Source: Veleropilina oligotropha
Lineage: Eukaryota
Assembly (NCBI GenBank): GCA_048128005.1
Contig: JBEUKZ010000098.1
Coordinates: forward strand, 124,001-188,000
Length of the DNA stretch: 64,000 bases
Reading direction: 5' to 3'
The notes under the pieces were generated by a model. The model made no database searches. It saw only the letters and a program-made list of their open reading frames with translations, and had not been told where the DNA came from. Positions 1 through 13,609 of this stretch are shown one piece after another. The position numbers and the translations under genes are program-made. The stretch's first letter is position 1. Each line of letters starts with the position of its first letter.

Positions 1-1039
1 GTGTATGATAAGCATGTTTCTTAACACAATAAACATTTTTGCAATCGCTCTCAAGTGGCGTTCTTTTTCAAAATATTGCGAAACAGTTTGCTTCTTGGTA
101 GGACATGGTCTGTGCAACAGTCACCTAGCTCCTACCATGTCTTTGGTGATATGTAGCCTTCATATTGGATATATCGAAGCCTCGTGATCATATAATCGAT
201 CAGATGCAAGTGTTGGAGCGGAGATGAGTCATAGTGGACATTTACACAATTGGTGATATTAAGAGGTTGCCCAGTTGGGGTCCAATATAATATGAAGACG
301 TCGTCTAGTGAGGAATGGTCACTTGAAATGCTAGTATTGAAGCCTCCCGAGAATCAGAAATACATCTTCTTTATACTCGTTGATGATTTCATAGAATGTT
401 TATTCCTCTTCTGTCGAATCTGCCGTTTTGTGAGCATGCTCTAATTGTGTTAGATAGTTCTTGCATTTACGGTGTATTCTCGTCGCCATTAGGCGATATG
501 TAGCTAAGAGAATGAATTCTGAAGTCACCTTCTTTATGAATATGCATCAACGCTAGCTATGAAAGTACTGCATGTGTAGCTGTGCTCACAGGGATCGTTG
601 ATAGCATTTTAATTGCGGAGTTCACAGGGTTGTCTGGGTATGTTCTAACGCCTCGCACAGATGGACGGGAAACTATCCATTGTGATTTTCCCAATTGGCA
701 AAATAAATGATGTATGTCTATCTTTTTCATCGTCGCAGCTCAGTTGTCGGCATCAACTGATCATTATCCATGCAATATATCTGCATTGGATGAAAGGAAG
801 ATAGCAGCTCCAAACTCGGGAGTAAATTCCCCAATCTGTATCTGTATCAATATAAGTATCGCTGAGATCCAATTTCTGTCATTAATGCGTCGTTTGAGAG
901 GGAGCGCGTGTCGCCTTACATGCTGGTAAGGCCAGGCTTGGAGGCCGTCGTCGTACAGGCTATAACTTGATGGTCGTCTAGCTGATTCCACTCCATTACA
1001 GTAGGCCTACCTACGAAGAAACTGTTCTTGTAAATGTCA

Positions 1040-3360
1040 GTTTTTGCGATTCTGTTTGCCAGGCACTTTGGGTGGTTTATCTGGTGGTCCTTACCGATGT
1101 TGTGCTCAGGTAATCATTTAGCCTTTTAGTTGTTCGTATACGACGTTTGTTCTCAGGTTTCTTGGTATTGTGTTGAGATTGGGGCAATGCGGATACTAGC
1201 CCCTCAACCACACTCATTAGGAATGCGAGACACAATCGTCTGCAATGTTCGGAGGTTGAGTTTACTCCGCATGTTTTCGACACTGCCTTTCTTCCTCGAC
1301 TTGTAGTCCCCGCAGATAAATCACCCTGCTCGCCTCTGGACCCGTACGAGCTTTGTGATATCGGATTTCAGGCACGGGTTCCATATGATCGCGCTGTATT
1401 CCAATGTGGAGCGTACGAGTGATATGTACGAATTTTCTTGCATGCCTTAGTACCGTGGTCACGACCCGACGGAGAAAGCCCAGAGTAGAGCTCGCTTTAC
1501 TACGATTGTTGTTAATATGAGTGTTCCATTCCAAGTCCTCCGAGATGATAAGGCTGAGGTATCGGTGTTTTGGTACGGACTGAAGGATGTGATTATTTAG
1601 TTAATAGAAATGTGAGGATTACGGTTTATGATGATGATGGTGATGAATAACTGTTCATTTTTCCAATTACTTCATAATGACAGAATAATAATACAAAAAA
1701 TATACATGTATGCTAATATATAGTACAATAAAAGTATAAAAAACATATATTCAATTGCGGTAATTATAATGTAAGCGGATAGGAGATCCGAAGAAGTCCG
1801 CGAGGACTTGTAAAGAGGACCACCACCTATTAAGATAATAATGAAAAGAGGATACAGTATTAATTTTATTCCAATTAATCTAGTGTGAATTTAATCTTGT
1901 AGTTATTAGGCCTATATAATTGAAATAAGTGACACTGTGTTTGGCAATTCTACGTATCAAGGTATTCTCTTATTATTTTTGATTTGAAGTTTGCTTTGAA
2001 AGTAGAAGACGACGGTGAGTTTTTTAAAGATGCATCTAACGAATTCCATTGATAGTGGTAAACCTAGTTTTGAGTTCTGCATTTGTTAATATGGAAATCG
2101 TGGGATTTTCTTGTGTCGTGGTTATGGATAGTGAGATTTAGTTTGAAATAGTCATTAAATGTACTTGGTAGTAAATTGTGGTAAAATTTAAACATAAATA
2201 CACCAACTTGCAATTTATATAAGTCATTAATTGCGAGTTGTTTATATTTATAGAAAATAGGTCTTATATGTGCGAGATAATGAGAGGATGAGATGATTCG
2301 CACTGCTCGCTTTTGTAGAAGATATAATTTATTGAGTCTGGTCGAATAAGTACCAGCTCAGATTATCGCACATTGGAAATATGGTAATATTAATGTAGAG
2401 TACAGGGTGGGAAAAATATAAGATGGAAGAGATTGTCTTAATTTACATAATACCAATGCCTTTAGATACCTTGGATCCTATATTCTTAATATGTTTCCCC
2501 CAGTTAATACTCTCATCTATTGAAACCCCTAGAAATTGTGTTTGAGTAACTTGCTTCACTTCAGTGTTTCAATATTGATTGAAGATACGTGTTTTGGGTA
2601 ATATTTGTTTTTTGAGGTGAATATGATGAAATTTGTTTTTGGGATATTTAGGGATAATTTGTTAACTTTAAACCATAAGTTGACTTTTTATCGATAGGAC
2701 ATAACAATTGTTAACGTTAAACTTCATGTCACACGTGCGAGCCCACTCTTTCAGCAACCTCAAGTCCTGTTTTAACATAGTGTGATCTCTAATGGAACGC
2801 ATAACATGATATAAAAGGCGGTCATCTGCGAATAGGTGTATTTGTAATTTTTCAGTATCCGGTAGGTCGTTGATGTTGATTAGGAAGAACAACGTCTATA
2901 CGGACCAAGAACCTTTCCATGGGAGATAACAGAGGTTTCCTTGAAGTTGTCTGTGGCGTCTACAAAGGAAGGGGGGTGACCATTCAAGGAAGGCCCCGGA
3001 TTCCATAGTTTTTCAGTTTTTGTAGAATATTGTCATGCTGCACAGTATCGAACGATTTCGCGAAGTCTAGTATTATCAATTTATGACAACGGTTTGGAGA
3101 CCTTTGTCATGGTTCTGGACGAAGCAGTCGATAGTTAAGGATAGTTGAGTCTCGCACGTTTATCCAAAGCCGAAACCGTGGTTAAGGGGCGTGAGGACGT
3201 TGTTTCATTCAAAGTGTTGCAGTATTTGTTTGCAGACAAGATGTTCCAGTATTATATTTTGAGATACCGGATGTGAGCGACACTGGTATATAGTTCTCGG
3301 GGAGATGCTGATGACCCTTTTTGAACACAGCGTTACACTGCGTTGAGCCGGTCTGGTGGC
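1040..3360 (-). mobile_element. decayed LINE RT fragments: one element (about 1040-1625 and 2665-3360) interrupted by a second LINE 3' fragment (about 1650-2665)
   Basis: Frameshifted RT motifs FKKG..PENYIPVSLTS, FLININDLPD..LFADD, WNTHIN..KASSTLGFLRR; the inner fragment reads RIIS.SHYLAHIRPIF..FMFKFYHNLLPSTFNDYF. Confidence 0.7.
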
Positions 3361-3472
3361 AGGTGTCCGCTATGTAAAGACTTCTAGACCAACTGTCTTT
3401 GTTTTGCATGGTTCATATTATCGAACTAATAATTGTGAGAGGCGCCTTCAAATAACTCACTACATCAGTATG

Positions 3473-3685
3473 CGGCCTCGACAGTACAGTAGTAGCGGTT
3501 GCATGTAGGACTCCGAAAATTACTGACTTGATCCCGCTGACGCGAACAGTAGTGGGTTCAAACCAAGGCAGGGGCAGCACACATTTGTTCAAATTATGAA
3601 CCACAGTTGTCCGTAACTGGTCGGAGATGGCGGGTTTACCCGGGCGACCGGTTTTTCCTTTCGCGATAATACGGACATGTTCCGC
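3473..3685 (+). mobile_element. tRNA-derived SINE (family S1), diverged copy
   Basis: Homologous to 26212-26474 (ccgctgacgcgaacagtagtgggttc...gggtttacccgggcgaccgg). Confidence 0.75.
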
Positions 3686-3986
3686 AACAAGAAGTGCAAT
3701 GACGAAATCATTTATTGAATTTCATTCCGTAACCATACATGCTCTAAATTATTAGAAAACAATAAAGTAATCTTCGAGAAAAATTTGGGCCTATATGTAG
3801 GCCTAGTTTGCCTACGCCCATACTAATCTTCAGCAAGCCTAAATTGATGAACATTTTAAGAGGCATCCAGGTTAGAGTTGACCAGTACTACAGTGGATTT
3901 TTATACGTGATGCCCTATCTAAACTCCATCATAGTTTACACTATCATGTATAGGCTTATATTATATAGTACGTAGGCCAAAAGCCT

Positions 3987-4575
3987 ACGGTACATTTCCT
4001 TGAATAAACGCTCGGGCGTTTATTTATTTTACGATGCTCTCATGGGAAGCGACTATTTAAGGCAGATCGACGATTATTTTTTCAGACATGATTTCAGGAA
4101 AAATGCAGAAGCTCCAATTAATGAAAATAAGTCAAAAATGCATGACCACATGCAGACGTCTGAAACGATCTGAATCTGAAATAACACTGAACCATACTTC
4201 AATACCGAATACTATTGCTGCAGGGCGTGTGTGCACACCATTAAACTGCTTATTTTAAATTGTGTCTGTTTTTAAAAAGATGGGTTTTGAGCTATGATCG
4301 AGTACCGGTACTAGTATTTTCGACTGAATGAATGATCGAACTACAGTAGCCTGCTGTGAACAGAAATCATATAATAATGTACGATGCAATTTACATAATA
4401 TTATAAACTCGCGCAGTTTAATCTGTCTGTATCATTTGCGAAAAGGCTATTTTTGATGTACCGGTGGGCTTCTATTCAAGGTACCGATAGGCGTTTATAT
4501 TTTTCAAGAGTCACTCGATCCGGCCGGGGGGGGGGGGGGGGGCGACTATTCGACCCAGGCAAGGAAACGCAGGTA
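3987..4575. mobile_element. degenerate MITE, possibly Tc1/mariner-pogo type
   Basis: Imperfect inverted termini (tacggtacatttccttgaataaacg ... cgactattcg...ggaaacgcaggta) with internal ggcgtttat-like subterminal repeats. Confidence 0.35.
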
Positions 4576-5354
4576 TAGCTAGGCCTATCTCATAACTCAT
4601 TATCACTAGCTTTTACCCGTGATGCGCATAGTGAAATATTTGCTTCATGTTGATCGTTCAAATTTAATATTTAGCTAACATTAGGTTGCGTTAGCTAATT
4701 TTAACTCATCATTGCACCCAGTGAACCCAGCATAGACCCCCCCCTGGTTCTGGATGAATAAGACCAAGAATGTAAAATAAAGTTTTTATGTTTTCCTTTC
4801 GCACACGGGTCAATTTGACACCAAGATGGCAAAGATCCGGTGATGGGGAAACCCGGTTAAAAGACATACCAACTGCGTATTTGTAAACAAGAAGATTAAT
4901 TCTGATAACCAATTTTTCAACTCGCTTCATGTAGGTCAATTACCAAGTTTGAAATGTCTGAATATATAATGTCATTTGCGATATTAACATAACGCAGTTA
5001 TTTTAATGACAGACATAATTATATAGGCCAAATATAAATGTTTATGGTTAAACAAGTTTTGAAATTAATCTCGACCAAGCTTGTTTTCGGGTCACCATTA
5101 TATTTCTTTGGTACTTCCGAACATAAGGGCATATTGAATATTCCATTGTTTTTATTATTTAATAGCGAATACATAGCGGTGTATAGTGGTAACAACTGGT
5201 CCATTATAATATATGCACAATATATAAATCTTAATATCTATAGAAATATGAAGTATTTACCAATAAATAACATCAAAATTTACAACCGAATCAAATTATC
5301 AGATATACCAAAGAAATGCAAGATTTTCCCTTGACTCCCGAAGAATAATCCAAC

Positions 5355-5357
5355 ATG
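5355..5357 (+). CDS. ELOB: ELOB putative first coding exon (ATG only)
   Basis: CCAACATG|GTAGGT: good start context followed by a strong donor; exon 2 starts in phase 0 at GAT (Asp2) and lacks Met1. Confidence 0.6.
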
Positions 5358-8300
5358 GTAGGTTATTTTTGTTTTGCCGATCCTCGGATGCGATTATTAA
5401 CAAAAAGAGGCTGAGTGTTTTTAATATTCCAAGTATTTATTTATTTGTTTTTTAATCTTTAATTAATTATCTCGTTAATCTGTTTCGATATAATATTACT
5501 GAAATCATTTTACAGTCGCTTTCAGCGTAACGAAGGGAGACTATTATGTGTTCTTAGCTTGGAGGAATTTCTTTATAAAGTAACACCGTAACCATAAGCA
5601 TTTCCGTTCTGGTGATTTTAATCCCTAATGTAAAATTGATAACACCCGGTTGAGAGCGAATGCATATTTATCAAAATGGCAAATGTACAATTTCTAAACG
5701 GTAATCCTATTTCAATAACCGGTTTGTTTATACTAATACAGATTTCTATTAAATTTGTCTCTATTAGTTTTGGATAAATGTAGTTAATACACAATTATAT
5801 AACTTAAATAAATGTTCTTAAAGTATATAAAGTCATTCATGTATTAACAGTGATATGAAATATCGATAATACAACTTTAATATTATGATCAACTTATCTT
5901 GCTGTGTTTGGGGAATCCCCTAAAATTAGACAACATATTGGACATTGCAGTGCTGGAAATTGGTTGGTTGGTAACATTGTTTTTGGCAAGTTTTCAGCCG
6001 TATCGTAGTCAGACACCCGATTTAAGGTCTCTCTCCGATCTGACCGACATACATTCAATGATTAGGGATATGCCATCTATTGTATTAAAGTCCATATTCT
6101 GGCATAAAATATGCATTCGTTATATGTGTGTACTGTATAACGATAGTTTGCATAAAACACGAAAATGCCACTAAACTTCGCCTTGTCTGATAATGCGGCG
6201 AGATAAATCTGGATTGCATTTCATCGCGTCAAGTAACGTCACGTGATGATAGATCTGTGACGAGTATCTGGTGGTATTACTAGCGAGTAAGCACTGACAA
6301 TTAGAGAGTGAAATGGACGCAACGGAATCGTGTAGTTCATAGACCGATAGTCATGGACATTTTGAACTTCAAAAGTAAATAATGGCGCTGTTGTCCAAAG
6401 TCTTCTAGGTGAACTCCGTACCACGTTTGATACTGTTGGAGTTCATATTCTTTGAAGGTACTGCCGTTTTCTTAACATTTAGCTGTCTTTTGAAACCCAT
6501 CGTCCACTGCATATAACCCTCAAAGTTATCAGGCGCTACGAAATGTTCTCCACATATAATGGCGGCAACACTATGTGCCTGGGCATGTGTCTGCTCGGAT
6601 ATAGTGTTTCGAACGAATCGTTCCCAGTTATATCGACGATTTTGATTAATAGGAAATAAGTGCATCTAATGTACCGTTAAAGTACTGTTGCTGCAGTTTC
6701 CAACTACGCATTTTTACCATTTTGAAAATACTGCAGGCCTGCACAAATTGAATTTTTGCGCAACCCGTTTATGGGTTATGCCAAATAGTAGTTGCGTAAC
6801 CCATTTTATTTGGGTAACCCTTTTTTATGCGAAACTTCTTCAATTCATTAATAATACTTTAGGCTGTGTTAAATTGGTTCCTTGTTTCTTGTCCCATGAT
6901 TCTGGTAAACTAAAGCTGTCAACACAACACAACAGCCATTTTACCACACAACATTTTGTTCTAGAATATTCTGACCATGGGCATTAAGTACGTGCATATT
7001 TCCAACGAATAAATACCAGGCGCGGATCCAGGAATTTCGCTTAGGGGGGGCGCTGAATTTACTATCAACTGTTCGCGTGGGGGCGGGGCCCCACGCGAAA
7101 GAAAATTTGAGAATCAACAGCGTGAAACCCCCTCTCCTGCACTCTGACACGGCAAAAGCGATATTTCATTCTAACTTTTTATGAACCACCGTCACTCAAA
7201 TAGCACGAGTCAAATTTGTATTTTATTTTGTCATAATCGAATTGTCCGCGCGCAAGAAAATTTTGACAATTAACGGTGTGATATCCCCCTCCTGCATTAT
7301 TACATTGCAACAGCGTATTTATAATATTCTGAAAGTCATTTGTATCAGATTATACATATTATTTTAGTATGCTTGGCCAACTTTAGGGGGGGCGCATGCC
7401 GGGTGCGCCCCCCCTGGATCCGCGCCTGAATACCGTATATTTCCTATTTCTTTATGGCAGATGAATGATTAACTTCTGTTTAGTGGCCACGTCAACAAAT
7501 TTCAGCAATAAAACATTGTCCATCATCTTTGAATGGTTAGTAATGAAAACTTGGGGACGAAATCTACAGACAGCGATCTTTTGCATCACATGAATACTGA
7601 CCAAAAAAAAAAATATTGTTTTTTTCAATTTTTTGCACGAACGAAAATTGGGTTACGCAACATTGCATTTGCGCAAGCTTCAGGCGAGCTGAACGATCGT
7701 TCGTGCAATTTGTGCAGGCCTGTACTGAGTTATTATATTATAAATTTGTTTTTTACTTCTTGGTGAGCAAGTGTGTATTGAGATTATGTCTTTTCCCTGC
7801 AGTCTGACTCTGAGAAACATCTGGTTTCCCCAGGTGACGTTCATAATCAGGTCACAGAAAGGCTGTGTTTGAGATAGTTTTTCTGTCACTTCTCCATTAA
7901 ATACGACATCAAATTTATCACAGTAAGTAAGATGACAGCATAATAAAGCTTTGTGAGTGGTATTTGGACAAAGTTTTATGTGTGAGACCTGGACTTTAAG
8001 TGGTAGAGTAAGCCGCCTGTTGGCCTCGAACCCGGTGCATCTTAAAAGACAAGTTTGCAACTGGGTGGTCGGGGACTTGGCTTTCGTGTTAGGGGCATGG
8101 CATTACGTCGTCGGCTATTTCAGCTTGCGTGTCAAGTCTGTACGTGGTAATTGCTGTAACAACAAAAAAAACAATCTCCGAAATTGGATTACTATTGTTT
8201 CAACCAATCATATGTCGACATCTCTATCTGCTTTGATCAGTTTCCAAATCACAAATGACCTCACCACCCGCTCGCTCCTTTCACCCAGCCGATCCGAGAT

Positions 8301-11300
8301 CTAAATGGGTACCTGGTTGGCAGTGGCAGAATATGTCAAAATGACTGGTCAAGCGCCTAACAGGCATGTACTTGGCCGTAATACTCTCAGAGAGAGTTGA
8401 GAAGGAATATTGAATGAACAGGCCAATCACCAGGGAATTATAATGTAAGCGCTTTGAGCACGCATCTCGTATGTGTGGGAAATCGCAGATAAATCTTCAC
8501 ATTATTATTATTATCGCAGTCAGGCCTTTAAACTCAAATAAATGTAAATCTATGATGTTCTGATTTCAACACAGAGTATAGATCTATACATTCACATATA
8601 CTTTAATTTATATACCCTAATTTTGTTTGGAACATTGTAGACATATTGTTATGTCTTGACCTTTTTGTAAAAAAGGACAAGACATTATCAAATGGTCCAT
8701 GTGTATATACACATATATATATATATATATAATACATATATATATCCGTCGATTTATTTGAAAACTACCGGCTCAATTTTCACCAAAATTGGTATACACA
8801 TTCTCAAGAGTATTTGTAGGTCGTGTATATAACTTTCGCGACACAATTTTGCAAAAATATGCATTTATTAGGCACTTTTATGCATATTTGTATATAACGT
8901 ATGTCTAATATTGCAAGCAAATAGCAATGACGTCATTACGACGTCGCTTTAGATGAATAGTCATTTGGTGACGTCACAATCGACGGGGTAGTAAATTAAG
9001 TAAATTATGAAAATTTGACGGAAATAAAGAAAGGTCAAGACATATTCCGAACGCGTCGTTCTTGTTATATTCGTCATATTGGTTATATTGCCTTGAACAG
9101 TCACCTGTGTTGTATAATCGCCTCCCCTGAGAGGCTTGTGAAAAATTAAATGTGTACCTTCAATATCCATCTTCTTAAAATTTGCATTTCTTCGCTATAA
9201 AATAAAATATTCTTCTCGCATCACGGTATGTATGGTATAATATAGCACCCTGCAAGGCTTTTTATGAACTATGGACAGTTTATTTCATTGGCATAAATGT
9301 GCTCATGTTTGGCTATTATGATGTATGATGATACTACTATTTCTGAATAATCGCAGGGGTGTTTATTTTTGTTGCAGAAATTAAAGGTCTGATTAAATTT
9401 GTATTGAATAATTGCTGAGTAAAGTACCTTACCAAACAATCAATGACCAGTGTGTATTCAAGGATGGATGTATATAAGATTTCACATCACTGATGAGCAA
9501 CAACAGGAAGACAAAATTCTAGTTTCTGTAAAACAATAGAAATTGTAATGTTTATTTTAGGATGTTTTTTTAATGATTCGACGCAAAAAGACAACGATCT
9601 TCACAGATGCAAAGGAGTCGACAACAGTTCATGAAGTGAAAAAAATAGTAGAGGGAATACTGAAGATATCCCCAGAAAACCAGCGACTGTATAAAGATGA
9701 TCAGGTATATGATATGATTGCTACGACATCTGTCCTTGACGTTTCCTTTTTGCACAGATGGATACTTTCAAAAAGTTTTCGCTGCCCTGATACAGGTTGC
9801 TTAGTTTTCAGATTGCAAAATTGTTAAAATGAGGTTGAAACACTAAAAAGATTCTTGTTCAAATCAAATATTTACATTCTTAAGAATCTGCAGATTATAT
9901 TTAAAAACTGCTTTTGTAAAAATGTTATTATTTAAGCTGATGACATTTAATATTGTTTCGTCAACATGAATATATGTCTTATGAATTTCTATAAACCCTG
10001 GATATACCATTCTTCGTAGTCAGTTGGCCACCCGGTCCCCTCATGGCAAAGTTCCCAGTCCACGCTCCTGACTGCTCTGATCTTCAGTGTTGGGTCCACT
10101 CACAGTCCGAGATGCTACAAGTTGCAGTCCGAGATGCTACAAGTTGCTAACCCCTTGATGTGTGGATTTCACAAAATGTTAAATATTTCTGTGCATTCCT
10201 CATACAGGACGATATATGGACAGTCGCATGTCCTAATATGACCAAAGATTTAAAAACAAAACAATAATTTATAACTTAAATTAAAATCGAAGTCAATGAT
10301 GTATGATCTCCTAACATTTCATTCTTTTGTGTGTTATCTCAGGCTTTAGAAGATAATAAATCTCTTGGTGATAGTGGCTTTACATCAGCAGGGGCGAAGG
10401 CACAGGCGCCCGCCACAGTTGGGATGTCATTTCGGGGCGACGGTAAGATGATTTTAGTACTATGAAGTATTGTAATATGTTTGTGGAAGATGCTACGTCT
10501 TTTTAATGATGGCGATTTGCGTTGCAGGGCTCTATTTTCAATGGTAATCCAAAATCCGAATGCCGGCTTCACGCCCCGTCCATTATCATTTACAACATTA
10601 CATGGATTCGTACAATAAATCGAGGATATCGAACGAGTGTCCATTTCATATGAGAATTATGAAACGAGTCAGGCACAATTTATGTACCGAGCCTTGACGA
10701 GGTACATAAATTTGCTGACGAGTTTCATAATTCTCGTATGAAATGGAAACAAGTTTGATATCTTCTTTATCACATGACTTTATGTACCTTTAAACTTATT
10801 TTATTACGTTTTTAAACTCATTTCTTTACGTTTTTAAACTCATTTCTATCATTAATTTCAGTCATTAAATGGCCTGCCTCAGACGCATCACGCCTCGACA
10901 GCACGTGCCACCTAATCAACTTGCTCGTCCTCATTTGCATACTTATGAAACGTGTCTTTTCGTATCGATATTTATGGAACGGCTTCTACCGTTCCATAAC
11001 AGCTTTGTCATGTGATAAAACCACATACCATACTGTACACAATACATGTAATGTGTAATAGCTTTATATTATGCCATCTTTCACCAGGTTCTTATAATAA
11101 TTCATTGCCTGATAGATGACACATGTCAATACTATATATTTATCCTTGCCGAGTAGGCTATAACATCTGAAATGTAATGATGCATCACTGAACCGGTATG
11201 TTGTCTGGGGGCATTGTGTGAAGTCATGCAATTGAAAATCATTAAGTGATCTCACCCCACCATTTTATGCTCAACCAAACTTATTTATTCACTGTTCTTC

Positions 11301-11419
11301 ACACAGATGGTGAATTTGAAAGTCTGGAGATAACGCCGCTCTCCAACCCTCCTGAATTACCGGACGTCATGAAGCCAGATTCATCGTCAACACACGCGCA
11401 AGAAACGGTGGCAGCTTAA
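5355..11419 (+). CDS. ELOB: Elongin B (TCEB2), spliced; join(5355-5357,9561-9704,10343-10442,11307-11419), 119 aa
   Basis: Spliced translation [119 protein letters not shown] has Elongin B hallmarks; all introns GT-AG with matching phases. Placement of exon 1 is inferred. Confidence 0.93.
6405..6720 (-). pseudogene. frameshifted THAP (C2CH) DNA-binding domain relic, transposon-derived
   Basis: [12 protein letters not shown]../[28 protein letters not shown] matches the THAP signature (CxxxxC, FP, W, CxxHF, AVP); two frameshifts near the start. Confidence 0.75.
6734..7722. mobile_element. MITE with 17-bp TIR CAGGCCTGCACAAATTG and 5-bp TSD TACTG
   Basis: TIR and TSD read directly at both ends. 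Confidence 0.85.
7017..7428. mobile_element. MITE with TIR CAGGCGCGGATCCAGG and 5-bp TSD AATAC
   Basis: TIR and TSD read directly; second copy at 38046-38437. Confidence 0.88.
8260..8515 (+). mobile_element. SINE 3' half (Deu/Nin-like core, L2-like tail)
   Basis: cacccag...taaatgggtacc core; tgtaagcgctttgag...(tta)n tail. Confidence 0.5.
8649..9066 (+). mobile_element. short HINE/DINE-1-like element without a central array
   Basis: ttatgtcttgacc..gacaagacat 5' hairpin, (TA)n, subterminal ggtcaagacata, gaacg-cgttc stem, CTTGTT end; second copy at 41625-42067. Confidence 0.7.
9561..9704 (+). CDS. ELOB: ELOB exon 2
   Basis: ttttag|GAT...CAG|gtatat; [19 protein letters not shown]...RLYKDDQ. 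Confidence 0.95.
10343..10442 (+). CDS. ELOB: ELOB exon 3
   Basis: tctcag|GCT...GACG|gtaaga; [33 protein letters not shown]. Confidence 0.95.
10622..10765. repeat. long imperfect palindrome, probably part of a non-autonomous DNA element (to about 11020)
   Basis: ccatttcatatgagaattatgaaac / gtttcataattctcgtatgaaatgg and aatttatgtacc / ggtacataaatt. Confidence 0.75.
11307..11419 (+). CDS. ELOB: ELOB exon 4 (stop)
   Basis: acacag|[25 protein letters not shown]...TAA. Confidence 0.95.
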
Positions 11420-12566
11420 ACTAATAAGCTTTAGTTGCAGTTCAATTTAATCTGGGTGAAAATAATACAATATAAGAATACTAATGTTTATCTCGCAAGC
11501 CTATTCTGATCAATTCATGTTGTATGTTGTAAATCACTGTGATTCAAATTTAGTTCTCAGCGTATTTTTGTAAGTAGAGGCTCCGAGTGAAGTTAGACAA
11601 ATGCGGGATAATGTTACAGTGTATATAATGATAAATAATATACACATTATTTGCATTAGCCAGTTATATTTAAAACAACAGAAGTTGATCACGCTTGACA
11701 TTTTCACAGTCTGGGAACATATTTAAGATAAATAAGCCTAGCGCATTCATTAGTTGAGCTGAAGTGAAAATAATTTGACACAGTCATCTGTGTCTATATG
11801 CACACTTGTCTTTGCCCTTGTTTTGTTCTATGTTAAATTTATTATCCGTTATGTCTGACTGAGAGATGCACTATTTCTATCCACGTATCAGTAATTCATA
11901 CAGGTAGCTTCATATTTGTAATATAGTATGCTGATATGGTGCTGGAATATGTTAAATAATGCATCGTCACTGTTCCTCCTACAATATTGAATGATCAAGA
12001 TGCTTATCGGAGACTAATAACAGATGACTATGGCAGCCGACTGTTATTGGAGTCAGAAGCTATGCTGTAGCTAGGATGATAGCTTTTATGACAAGAACGG
12101 TGCATTAATGGCAAGGTGTTTTTTTTTCACATTATTTGTGTTCAATTGCTTTGCTTCTGCAATGAGGCAGTGTGGAAATAACAAGACTTATGTGTGGTAA
12201 TGATGGCCACCATGTATGTCGAATATCAACAAATGACAAGGTCTTGAAAACTACTGTGAATTTTATCCGTCTTGGCGCTTGAATTTCAGAGCCTCTGCTT
12301 ACAATTATTTTGACATAAATATATCCTTTTGTATCTGTTTATAAATACTGCTAGCATCATAAATTTGTGTTTTTCAACTCCACAACATGGCATGTATTGT
12401 ATAATCTTTATTTTGGTTGTACTGTATTGCAGAAGTTGTGTCTTTACACACGTTTTCAACACTATACTTGTGTCATGGTCAGGTTCTTCGTTTTTCAACT
12501 AGTTTTGTACATTTGAAGAATTTTTTCTTATAAATCTGGTGTGAATTCTTTGAAAACCTTACTGTT

Positions 12567-12572
12567 AATAAA
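12567..12572 (+). terminator. candidate ELOB polyadenylation signal AATAAA
   Basis: AATAAA about 1.15 kb downstream of the stop, with T-rich sequence after it; not verified. Confidence 0.3.
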
Positions 12573-13609
12573 ATTACGGTAACAACAAACTTATCTTTCA
12601 CATTTAATATAATTTTACGATACTGATCTGATATAAAGTATATATTGCGATGCTTGTTTTATCTATTTTCAGCTGCACAGATAAATTATTATTTCTTTGG
12701 AAATGCTTTATCCGTGTTAGGATGATGATAGGCTCTCCCGAATTTGCGTGGCCACCATGCTACTTCTAAAGTTATCATGTTTAAAACAGTTTTAATGTAT
12801 TATCACTTTTTTATGGTCAATAGTACATGCGTTCAAAGATGTCATAAGCAATCATATATTATGCCTGTATTAAATGGGTTGCCACATATATTATTGACTT
12901 GAATTCAATATATAGTTTATTATACGTAATGAAAAATGATTAAACAATGATAAATAGTCAATTGTAAGAGGATACTGAAGCACTTCTTACACACTTAAAT
13001 CATTGAAGGTTATTCATGCCAACAATTATTGGTAATGCAAGGAACTCAAGATCTGTTCCAAGACTGAATGTGTCAGTCTTGCATCCTCACCATGCGATTA
13101 TGATTTTGTTTCTACAATGCAGAACTGTGCTACGACCATACATAAATAAGGCATCATCCTGAGTAAAAGCATGTTGCATTACGTTTGTAGCAGCAGTTAA
13201 TAAATAATTACTAATGATTCTAATATTATAATAGTTATTTCCATTATGTCTTTGTTTTATTTCACGAACATTTGTATGCTATTCAGCCTGTTAATAAACT
13301 TAAATATATTCTGAAATAATTTTAGTCCTAGATTGTATATATTTATCCTGTCAACCGTTGATTTTTGTATGTTATTACTACTATGTGAGTTTCAACATAC
13401 ATATATATGCATATGGTTTGCCATCGTCGGTTTAAATGCATATGGTTAGCCATCATCGGTTTAAATGCCTATGGTTTGCCATCATCGGTTTAATAACCAC
13501 TTGTCGTATCGTATTTGAGACCACCGGTTTAAGGTCGCTATCTGATCACACAGGAACTATTCTTGATATCATGCAATTCGAAGGACTCATAGTGCATGAT
13601 GGATGGATT

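Larger units (their letters stand above)
6089..7995 (-). mobile_element. TTAA-flanked non-autonomous DNA transposon (Kolobok-like) with a THAP remnant, hosting two nested MITEs
   Basis: ttaa|AGTCCA ... TGGACT|ttaa termini (only 6 bp exact); THAP relic inside. Confidence 0.5.

Noticed and set aside
1..990. Short ORFs and a possible old LINE RT remnant
   Set aside because: Only a faint IHKEGD-like motif is visible; too decayed to call without a translated search.
7461..7535. Alternative ELOB exon (ggcag|ATG...ATG|GTTAGT)
   Set aside because: It lies inside MITE 6734-7722, has a weaker donor and start context than 5355, and has no other support.
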